Of a stretch of DNA of 64,000 nt, positions 11,690-21,317 are shown piece after piece (within the stretch, counting starts at the first letter, position 1; the number at the start of each line of letters is the position of its first letter). Origin of the DNA: Vicugna vicugna. Lineage: Eukaryota. A program made the translations under genes and the position numbers. The notes beneath the pieces were generated by a model. It made no database searches. It was not told where the DNA came from and was given only the letters and a program-made list of their open reading frames with translations. The DNA lies in assembly GCA_013265495.1 (NCBI GenBank), contig MU058252.1, forward strand, positions 374,001 to 438,000. Direction: 5' to 3'.

Positions 11690-12900
11690 TGCCGCCGCCG
11701 TTCCTGGGTGTTCCAGGCCAGGCTTGCCGCCTCTCTCGGTGCTGGGCTGGCTCCCGGCCTCTCCAGGTCTGGGCTTGCCGGCTGCGAGGTGGAGGCGTTG
11801 AGGGACTCGGTTGGCCGACACCAGGTGCCCAGAGGCCGGAGGTCCGTGCGCTCCGGCCGCGGCCCGGGCCCGGGCCCAGCCCCGCACCCCTCGCCATGGG
11901 CCTGGCCCTCGCCCGCGGGCCCTGAGCATGGAGCGGGGCTGGCCGCCGGGGGACAGCTGCAGCCGGGAGCGGCCCGCCGCCTGCCGCCGCGCCCTCAGCG
12001 TCTGCGACTCGCTGGACCTGCACGGCGCCCCGGCCGGCCGCGCCGCCTCCGCCCTGCAGGCCGCCCTGTGCGCCGCGCGGGAGCAGCCGGTGCGGCCGCG
12101 GAGCGTGTGCTCGGGCGGCCCGGGGCCGAAAAAAATCCCGGGCCCGCGCCCTCGGGGCGCCCTGGCTCGGCCGCGCCCAGCCCGGCGCCCAGCCCCGCGG
12201 CCCGCCCCGCGCCGGCCCGGCGCAGCCGCCTCCGAGGGAGCCAGGCGCCGCGGCCCACCAGCATGACGTTTTTGGAAGTGAACCGCCTGGAACTGGCGGC
12301 CGAGGCCGAGGGCGCGGGCGCGGGGCTGGGCCGTGCGGGCAGCGCGGGCTTCCTGCGGGGCGCCTCGCTGTGGAGCAGCCAGCGCTGGCAGGTGCTGCGT
12401 GGCGGCGGCGGCGGCGGCGGACGCGGGGCCCCGAGCCCCCGGCGCGGCCTGTCGGCGCTGAGGAAGAGCTTCAGCTTCCGCCTGCGCCGCGGCCAGGAGA
12501 TCCGGCGCGCCGAGTCGGGGCTGCTGCCCCGGGCGCGCACCCGCAGCGACGGCGACGCCAGCTCCCTGGGCGCCTTCCCCAGCCGCCGCGACCTGCTTTT
12601 GGGCGCCGAGACCCCGCGCACCGGGCCCGAGCCCGGCCGCCCCCGCACCGCCGCCAGCCTCTGGAGGCTGCTCACCAGCCGCTTCCGCCGGAGGGAGCCT
12701 GCGCCCGCGCCCGCCGAGCCGCTGTGGAGCCGCCGGGCAGCGGCGGCCCCCGGGCTCCTGGGCGCGCCGAGCGGTAAGAGGGAGAGGCCGGCCTGTGTCC
12801 TCTCTGGTTGCAGTCCCGGGTTGAGAGCGGGTGGGGAACAAACCGGGAACCTACCTGCGAGAGGTGGGCGTGCCGTGCGGGCCAGGGGCTAGCCGGGGCT
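11690..12900. promoter_or_regulatory. CpG island / alternative AGAP3 promoter
   Basis: Dense CpG block overlapping the alternative first exon. Confidence 0.8.
11928..12773 (+). CDS. AGAP3: AGAP3 alternative first coding exon in CpG island (MERGWPPG...; MTFLEV...GAPS), with a frame break near 12129-12136
   Basis: ATG at 11928 (gagcATGg). The second frame (ATG 12263, MTFLEVNRLEL...) ends at donor AGCG|GTAAGA (GT 12774) in phase 1, joining exon 13968 to read ...APS-D-SFVNSQEW. Resembles an alternative AGAP3 N-terminus as I recall it from human. Confidence 0.7.
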
Positions 12901-13967
12901 GGCCAAGTGAGATCAGCGCGGGCATCTCTTGGGTCGCTGGGGAGTCTGGAGAACTTGGCCGTGGCAGAGGACTTCCAAGTGTGTCCAGGCAGGGCAGCCC
13001 GCTGCTCGGTGCTCTCTCGCACTGGCCCTAACATGGTGGAATAAGGCCAGGTTGCAGGGGCCCCTTTCTCACTTCTGGCACAGGAGGAATTGGGGCTGGG
13101 GAAGGATGGAGACTCACTCTGAACCATGTGGCTCTAGGTGGGACTAGAACCCAGCATTTCTAGCTCACAGATGGGGCTTAAGCCCTCACGTCTAACTGCC
13201 TTTGCAGATGAGTTTCGGGATTGCTTGTGGACCCGACCGACCGTCGTAACTACTCTTTGAGATAGCCTGAGGAGGGGGAGCAAGCCCAGCCACCCGGAGC
13301 TGGCTGGAGGATGTCCATTACAACCTAGGGGATAACAAAGAGCGGGGCGGCCGCCCAGGGCCCTGGGTAGCTCGAGTCAGGCAGGAGCTGAGGATGGATT
13401 GGAAGGGAGGCGCCCCGGAGGCGGGTCTATGGGAAAGAAAGGGTGGTGGCCTCCTGCCAAGAGGAGCCTGGGGAGAAGGGCCAGTCGGGGCGGGGCGGGG
13501 CGGGCAGGGTACGTAGCTCCCTGTTGGACCTGCCTCTCACAGAACAGGGCCAGGTAAGGGCTCCTCCCTCTTCACCCGGCCAGGAATGTGGTGGGTGGCC
13601 CAGCCCTGCGAGAGTGAGCTGTTCCTACTCGCTGCAGAGGCTGCCCCTCAGCCCAGCTTGGGTCTGGCTGAGACCTACTGGAGCGGCCTCTCACCAGGCT
13701 GGGGGCACCAGGCTGGGTGTGGCTCAAGGTGGGAACTGCTCACCTTGCTGGAGCAGTAAGAGGAGGGACCCAGGTCCAGGCCAAGGGGACTGAGAACTGT
13801 CATCCCCGCTGCCACATCCCTGCATTTCCTGCTGCTCCCTAGGAGCCAGGGGTGAGGGTTGTTTTCTGGCCTTGGCCTAAGGAGAGGCAGTGCAGGAGGC
13901 CACTGGTGGTGGATAGCAGAGGTGTGTGTGTCTTCCCAGTCCTGATGGGCGGCCTTCTCTCCCGCAG

Positions 13968-14026
13968 ACTCCTTTGTGAACAGCCAGGAATGGACCCTGA
14001 GCCGTTCTGTGCCGGAGCTTAAAGTG
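13968..14026 (+). CDS. AGAP3: AGAP3 exon 2 (DSFVNSQEWTLSRSVPELKV)
   Basis: cccgcag|AC ... AAAGTG|gtgagt; 59 nt; start of the GTPase-like domain. Confidence 0.95.
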
Positions 14027-14288
14027 GTGAGTGAGGCCCATGGGAGGCCCAGGCAGTCCGGGGGCCAGGGGCGGGATGCGGGCTGGAGTGGTGGGCCAGC
14101 GTTGTTTCCCCTGCTTCCAGTCCCCTCCTTCTGGAAGCTTGGCTTCTCTCTGTGGCCCCCTGCTTCCCAGTTTCTTTCCCGTGCACCCTTGGCGCTGGCC
14201 CTTCTCCCTCCTAACACATTCGCCTCTCCTGCCCCATGTCCTCCCTCCTGCCCTCTGACCACTGCTCTCACGCCTTCCTCTCGCGCAG

Positions 14289-14376
14289 GGCATTGTGGGG
14301 AATCTGTCTAGTGGCAAGTCGGCCCTGGTGCACCGCTATCTGACGGGGACCTATGTCCAGGAGGAGTCCCCTGAAG
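14289..14376 (+). CDS. AGAP3: AGAP3 exon 3, P-loop GNLSSGKS
   Basis: cgcag|GGC ... GAAG|gtgagc; [29 protein letters not shown]. Confidence 0.96.
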
Positions 14377-14559
14377 GTGAGCGTTGCGGGTTGGCCTGGG
14401 CTCTGAGGCTGTGCTCTGCCCCTGTCTCCTTCCCTCTGTCTGTGCAGGGAGCTCCAGTCCCTGGTCTTTCTCAGTCCTCCTGTCTCCTCTGTTGGAAGCT
14501 GTTTGGCCCCCGTGGGCTCTTTTTTCTGGTTCTGGGCCTGACCATGCACTCTGTCCTAG

Positions 14560-14645
14560 GGGGTCGGTTTAAGAAGGAGATTGTGGTGGATGGCCAGAGT
14601 TACCTGCTGCTGATCCGAGATGAAGGAGGCCCCCCTGAGCTCCAG
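14560..14645 (+). CDS. AGAP3: AGAP3 exon 4
   Basis: cctag|GG ... CAG|gtgatg; [28 protein letters not shown]. Confidence 0.96.
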
Positions 14646-14792
14646 GTGATGCTCCTGCCCCAGCTCTGGCCCGTGGCACCCCTTTCTCGAGGTTCTCAGT
14701 TTGAACTGGGCCAGGTTGCCTGTGTGGGGAGAGGGGTATGAAGTTGGCCCATGAACCAGGTGAGCGTGGTAATTCTGCTCGGTCCCTCCTAG

Positions 14793-14934
14793 TTTGCTGC
14801 CTGGGTGGACGCGGTGGTATTTGTGTTCAGCCTGGAGGATGAAATCAGCTTCCAGACGGTGTATAACTACTTCCTGCGGCTCTGCAGCTTCCGCAACGCC
14901 AGCGAGGTGCCCATGGTGCTGGTGGGCACACAGG
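14793..14934 (+). CDS. AGAP3: AGAP3 exon 5
   Basis: cctag|TTT ... CAGG|gtgagc; [47 protein letters not shown]. Confidence 0.96.
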
Positions 14935-15345
14935 GTGAGCAGGTCTGCAGGGGGTCGTGGGGGCTCTGGGTCCCTAGGTGGGCAGGTGTGAGGAAGCCCG
15001 GCTTCTCTGCCCCTCCGGACGCTGAACCAGCCCTTTCGCGTCACCCCAGAATGGGCACTTCCTCCCTGCTCCATACCCGCTGGGTCCTCCCCACCTAGAT
15101 CCTGCCATTCGTGTGATGGTCGAGTCCACGTTTTTGGAGATGAATAAACATAGTGGCTGGCTCGTTTCCACTCAGTGAGTCGGTGGCAGAGCTGGACTGT
15201 GGCCCAGACACCCGTATTCTCGTGCTCCGTGTTGTCCGCTGCCTGGGCTCTTTGCCCACCCACCCTCTGACCAAATGGCTGTCCCCCTCTATGGCCCCAG
15301 CTTCTCAGCCAACTGAGTCAATCCCCGCCCTCCTGCCTCCAACAG

Positions 15346-15480
15346 ACGCCATCAGTGCCGCGAACCCGCGGGTTATTGATGACAGCAGGGCCCGCAAGCT
15401 GTCCACAGACTTGAAGCGCTGCACCTACTATGAGACGTGCGCCACTTACGGACTCAACGTGGAGCGCGTCTTCCAGGACG
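15346..15480 (+). CDS. AGAP3: AGAP3 exon 6
   Basis: aacag|AC ... GACG|gtaact; [45 protein letters not shown]. Confidence 0.96.
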
Positions 15481-15600
15481 GTAACTCGGCGCCCGGGACA
15501 GCTCCCCCAGAGTGGGGGTCAGGCAGGCTCGGGGGGGGGGCTCTAAGCTGGGCTTCTCCCTTCTCCCCAGAGGGGTAATTGACTCTGCTGTCCCCTGCAG

Positions 15601-15728
15601 TGGCCCAGAAGGTAGTGGCCTTGCGGAAGAAGCAGCAGCTGGCCATCGGGCCCTGCAAGTCACTGCCCAACTCCCCCAGCCACTCGGCAGTGTCCGCCGC
15701 CTCCATCCCGGCCGTGCATATCAACCAG
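15601..15728 (+). CDS. AGAP3: AGAP3 exon 7
   Basis: ctgcag|TG ... CAG|gtgcgg; VAQKVVALRKKQQLAIGPCKSLPNSPSHSAVSAASIPAVHINQ. Confidence 0.95.
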
Positions 15729-17382
15729 GTGCGGCCAGCCTCCCCACCTCCCACCACACGCTCGCCCTGCCCGCCGCGGCCCTGCCTCTCCATACTGTTT
15801 GTCTGCCTGCGTGTCCCCACCTCGTCTGGTCTCCCGCCTTGCAGATGGTTTGAAAGCACTGGCTCGAGTTCCCTTAGCCTGCACGACTGGCCTGGCCTGG
15901 CCTCATCTGTACCCTGTGGTGACCGCCTTCCTGCTAGTTTCCCATCCCTGCTCAACGCCATTCTCACCCCGCAGCCCTGTGAGCTCAGGCATCCCAAACA
16001 TCCGCTCTGGTCAGGCACGTTAGAGCAGCCTCAGTACCCCCTTCCATGGAGCCGTACTCCGGAGGCACGGCGGAGTTCCTGGAGGCCTGCCAGGGACCAG
16101 CCCTGGGCAGACCGTTGCAGGCCCGCCGCCTCCTCACCTGCTGGCCCTTCTCTCAGTGTTCGCATTTAGAAGGGCAGCGCTTACCCCACAAGGACCCATG
16201 GTGTGAGGCAGTGGGGTGTTCTGGGCCAGGCCCCGCCAGTGTTCCTCCCGTCATACCATGTGGACACCTGCCTACGTCCTGGGCCTACTGGGTGGCTGTT
16301 TGTTGCTCCCGTAGCTGCATCCGCCCCCTCAGCCCCCTGCTCTGCGGAGATCCCTGGGCCTTCACAGATGTGCGTGATAGAGTGGTCAGGCTGACAGCCT
16401 TTCTTTTACTTCTGCCAAGGGCTGTTGTCTTTCCAAGGTTCCCCCAGCCCCCCAGCTTCCTGATGACAGCCTAGTGGCTTTGCTGAAGAGCCCTCCCTTT
16501 AGCGCTTTAGAAGGCATCAGGGATTCCCTTGTGAGCGTTCCCACGTGGAAGAAAAGAGGAACAATAGGTCTTTCTTCACTGTCTCTGTGCAACTCCGCCT
16601 TGGCTGCGGACTTCAGCGGTGCATGTGGGCCCTGCCTGCGGGGATCCTGACTGGCAAGGGGCGGTGGCTCAGGTGTCTTGCTCTTTTTGTCCAGATTGGG
16701 ATTTGAGGAGGCTGCTAGGGCAGGGCCCATCCTACTTAGTGATCACCTAATGGGGCAGGCCTTGTCATGCTGTCCGTATTTTGAGAGTCGGGAGTAGACA
16801 CTGCCGTGCACTCACTGTCTGCATCCAACGGTCCTTTGCCGTCTCGCTCCCTGATCTCCTCTTCCTCTGGTGGCAGTCTTAGTGGTTCTGCTCTCTCCCT
16901 CGGGACCCCCGTGTCCCTCACCCTATCACACACACTGCCTAGAAGTAAGCCTCATCCTCCTCCTGCTCCCCAAGCTTCACTTGGCCTCCTTGATACCTGT
17001 CACTGACTCAGAGAGCTCATCCGGGGTGACCTGTCACCTCGTGTCACACCCCTTGTGAGCCAGACTCCACAGTTTGTTCTCTTCCAGCCTCTGTCACTGA
17101 CTCCAAGCTGCTAGCCATTGCCTCTGATTCTGCTCCCTGATTGGCACAGAGTGGCCTCTTCTGGGGCCCTAGTCGGGCAGCCCGGTGTGGTGATGCCTGG
17201 CTCCTGCTGGCCTCCAGGCCATGCTGCCTTTGTCCTTGGCACCATCCTTAGGAGCTGGTGGTCCCTCTGCTGCCCCGTGAGCCCCAGGCCAGGTCTCCAG
17301 ACTGCAGGATTCCCAACTCCCACCTGCCGCCCGCCCCTGAGCCCCACCCAGAGCCACCTTCAGCAGCCCTCTCTGTCCTTAG

Positions 17383-17541
17383 GCCACGAATGGCGGCAGC
17401 AGCGCCTTCAGCGACTACTCGTCCTCAGTCCCCTCCACCCCAAGCACCAGCCAGCGGGAGCTGCGCATCGAGACCATCGCTGCCTCCTCCACCCCCACAC
17501 CCATCCGCAAGCAGTCCAAGCGGCGTTCCAACATCTTCACG
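17383..17541 (+). CDS. AGAP3: AGAP3 exon 8
   Basis: cttag|GCC ... ACG|gtacgt; ATNGGSSAFSDYSSSVPSTPSTSQRELRIETIAASSTPTPIRKQSKRRSNIFT. Confidence 0.95.
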
Positions 17542-19781
17542 GTACGTGCCCACCCCTCCCGCCTGCCCGGTGGCCTTCACCGAACAGGCAGGGCTGAGCC
17601 CCCAGCCCCCGGCCCCCGGCCAGGAGGGAGCAGGCAAGAGCGCCTGCAGCCCCAAGTCAGGGTGATGCCACCTGCCGTCTCCATCCACGCAGACACGCGC
17701 CGCCTCCGTCGGCTCCTTGCTGGTGCTGCTGTCTGCACCCAGACTCTTCCAGATGGTTCCTCTGAGCCCAGAGGGCTGCCCTCAGCATATCCACACAGAC
17801 CCTCCTCCTGGCTTCACACTCTCACCCTCCTACCTGACCCCTTAGGGCTTCCTGGCCAGCTTGAGGGATCTTTGGACGCATCTGCTTTAACTCCGCAACC
17901 CCTTTGATTCCGCAGTTGTGAACCAAGGCCCAAAGGTTGTTTGCCCAAGGCTGCACAAAGCATTAGCTGGCAGAGCTAGGACAGTGCCCAGGCTTCCTGG
18001 TCCGAGTGCCTGTTCTTTCCATCTCCCGCCTGTCCCACCTGCTCCTGCAGTCGGCCTCACAGTCTTAGGTGTCTTTCCGAAGGCCGCCATCTCCTGAGTC
18101 CCTGCCTGTCCCCCCACAGGCTCCTCCTCTGTCTCCCCCTCCAACAGACCTCATCCCCAGAGTCCCAGGTGCCTTCTGCTGCGAGGGGCCCAGCCCATCA
18201 GCTCTTAGGTGCCCTGAGCCTGCTGTCTCTCCACGCCCAGCATCTGACACGCAGTACCTATCCCCCAGCACTCACCCTCCAGCTGGGACTTGGCTGGACC
18301 ATTCCGGGAGTCTTGGGTCAGACGCAGGTGGGTGAGCTGCCCGGATGGACTCTCAGGAGCTCGCCCTGTCCTTCTGCGTTACTCCATGCGCCTCTTTCTG
18401 AGCGTCAGGGCTTGGCTGTCAACCCGGCCCTGTGTCCAGCCCGCCAGGTCAGGCCCCGGCCAGGCTCTCAGGAACCCTACCCAGACAGAGCCAGTGCTCC
18501 CCAGGCCTCGCTCATTCATTCTCGCCTCCGCCCGCCCAGCACATCCCTGCCCAGTCTGCCTGCCTCTGTCCACCCTGTGCCTGCCGCGTGCCCTCGCTGT
18601 CCCGTACACGCTGACTGACCCTCTTCCTGCTGACAGCTGCTGCTGTGTGTCCCGCCCCCCCCCCACGCCCCTGCCTGGACTCACAGCTTCTCGCTTCTAT
18701 TCACACCCATTGAGACACAGCGCCCTGGACTGCTTGCTTGTGCCCACACCTTCTGCTGCTGCTGCTGATGCTGTAGAGCCCATGGGCCTATGTCTGCGGT
18801 GACCGCCATCCATGCCGTTGGCACCTGCTCCCTGACATTCTGCCTTAGTCACCCGCTTCCTCCACCCCATTGTTCACCTCCCACCTTCCTCTGCTGCTAG
18901 TTCTGCAACACCCCAGGGCAAGCTCTCCTCCCTCTGCCGCCGGTGCCCGGCCCACAACCTCCTCGCCGGCACCTTTGTGCTCCCTGCCCTGTGCTCTGCT
19001 GCCTGCTCCACCGTGCTCCCTCCGCCTGCCCGCCCCGCCGCGTCCTCGGCGCAGCCGTCCCTCCGGGCCTTTTCATTCTCTCCATCGTCACTGTGGCGAC
19101 CTTATTTTTTCTTTCCATTGTTTCCATGGTGACCTCACTTGCGCCATTGTCCCCGAGGCAGCCTCAAGACATGTCCGTCTCTAGAGGTGCATCTCAGGAC
19201 CTCCCTTTCTCATCGTTGCTGCTGGGGCCACCCCCTCGCCCTCATCATCCTCCCCAGCAGAGCCACGCCCGGTCTGTGGCTGGTGCCCTTGTGACTCTCC
19301 TGCTGGACATGGCTGCTGGCGTCCCCACTCCCCCATGACGTCATGTACTCGTTTTGTTGCCACTCTCGCCCTGGTTCCCGTCCGGGGTGGGTGCCCCTTG
19401 GGGCTCCCAGGGATCCTCTGGTGGTTGGAGCCTCTCTGCTCACCAGCCTGGCTGGGACAGGCTGCACCCCACTCCCCACGACCAGCTCTTCTGTCTGGGG
19501 ACCCGGTGGCAGCAGGCCCATCCACCTTTCTGCTCCCTGGGCCGAAGGGGCAGAGGCTGTGGCGCCAAGGAGAGGCCGGGGGCAGGTGCTGACAGTGGAG
19601 CTGCTGGCGGCGGCCCTCAGCCCGGCTCTCCCTGCTCCCTTGACTGTGCTCCCCCCGCACTGCAGCTGCAGTCCTTTGCCTCTTCCCTGTGCCCATGGCT
19701 CCTGGCAGCCTGGGAGAACAGGAGGGAAGTGGGGCTCAGAGTGGAGAACAGTCCCCACTGAGATGGACTGACCGGCCCACT

Positions 19782-19871
19782 ACTGCCACTGCCACTGCCA
19801 CTGCCACTGCCACTGCCGCCGCCGCCGCTGCCTCCGCCTCCTCCACCTCCTCCTCCTCCTCCTCCTCCTCC
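19782..19871 (+). repeat. Compound repeat (ACTGCC)6-(GCC)n-(TCC)8
   Basis: Direct reading. Confidence 0.9.
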
Positions 19872-19990
19872 TCTTCATCCCGCTGCCGCCTCTCCCCAGG
19901 CACCTGGGTCTCTGCCCTCACCAGTGCTGACCGACTTGTGCGGGGCTTGAGTATAACTTGCCAAAATCTTTATTCTTTCGATATTTGCAG

Positions 19991-20053
19991 ATATGTGCCA
20001 CTGTTTCCAACTTTTCATCAACAAAAAGGCCTTTCCAACTCCTTCCAAATTAG
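19991..20053 (+). CDS. AGAP3: AGAP3 alternative terminal exon coding part (short GTPase-only CRAG-type isoform; ICATVSNFSSTKRPFQLLPN*)
   Basis: tttgcag|ATA in phase 0 with exon 8; TAG at 20051-20053; AATAAA at 20908-20913; matches the short-isoform C-terminus as I recall it. Confidence 0.8.
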   Translation: MCATVSNFSSTKRPFQLLPN

Positions 20054-20907
20054 AAGACCAGGTGGTGACACACAGCACCTCTGGACATACCCCCTGTGCG
20101 GGGTCGGAGGCGGGCCGGGCCCTGGGACTGCTCTCAGATGAGAAGCGGCCGCCGTGCTCCCCACTCCAGAGACCCACAGGAACCTTTGTAACTAACCCCC
20201 ACCCCCAGGGAAGGCTAGGAACACCGGAGCCCGCGGCTGGGGGCTGCCGGGGACCCGGCCCGGCTGGACGCGCTGCGCCAGGCTCGCTGCATGGAGAAGA
20301 TGGGAGCTCGGCCCCACGCCCGGCGCCGGCCAGCGCGACGAGGCCCAGAGGGCGGGGGCGTCCGAGCGCCCCCCCAGCCCAGCTGCTCCTGGGGGAGCTT
20401 CCCCGCCCCTCCCCTCCTCTGCTCCTTCCTGCATGGACTTCTGCCGTTCCTGCTCCGCTCCGGACGCCGCAGCCACGCCGCGCTTGCCTTCCCCTCTCTT
20501 GGCCTCCCATTTCCTAGGATCGGCCTCCGGGCGGGCTCTGCCCCAGGAGCCTGGCAGGGGCACAGGGCCTCTTCTGGCCTCTCTCCTCTCTCTCTCCATC
20601 CACTGTGCCCCTCGGGCCACGCCGATGTGCTCGGCGCAACGTACCGTGTGGTGTCTGTGCCGCAGACGGGCCGCTGCCCGCTCGCTTCTGGACTTTGCTC
20701 TCCCCGGTTGTCGTGCCCTGTGCTCCTGGCCGTCCCTCAGCCACACTGTCCACCTCTCCTCGCCCCTTCCCTTCTCTTACGCCCCAGCCCCCTGGGCTGT
20801 GCGCTCCTCACGCCCTCGGTATCTCCAGTATCTCGTGTCCTTGCTCTTTTGTAAGGGGCGGGCCCGGCCCAGTGACCTGTGCTGCTCTGTATGGTGCCGT
20901 GTGTAAG

Positions 20908-20913
20908 AATAAA
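20908..20913 (+). terminator. Poly(A) signal of the short AGAP3 isoform
   Basis: AATAAA ~860 nt downstream of the terminal-exon stop and upstream of the exon 9 acceptor. Confidence 0.65.
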
Positions 20914-21065
20914 CCCGTTGGAATACTCGTGGTCTCAGTTCCTTCCCGGTCCCGCCGCCCCGGCCCTGCCCCACTGCTAGGGCCTGCCCAGGAGGAGGGA
21001 GGATGGGAGGGCTGGCTGGGGATTCCAGGTGGGCAGCCGACCCCACAGACCCTGGGCCCTTTTAA

Positions 21066-21317
<252 letters not shown>

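Noticed and set aside
12128..12137. Programmed -1 ribosomal frameshift at G_AAA_AAA_ATC
   Set aside because: Not a canonical X_XXY_YYZ heptamer in the required frame; an assembly error or deletion is more parsimonious
11600..12841. 413-aa minus-strand ORF (and the 226-aa ORF at 11995-12675)
   Set aside because: Antisense shadow of a CpG-island exon; stop-poor GC-rich DNA, Ala/Arg/Gly/Pro low complexity, no domain
15729..16169. In-frame extension of AGAP3 exon 7 into the intron
   Set aside because: A donor is present at 15729; the extension is low-complexity with no supporting poly(A) signal
19689..20141. ORF with poly-TA/Ala/Ser (and antisense poly-Glu ORF)
   Set aside because: Simply the translation of the compound microsatellite
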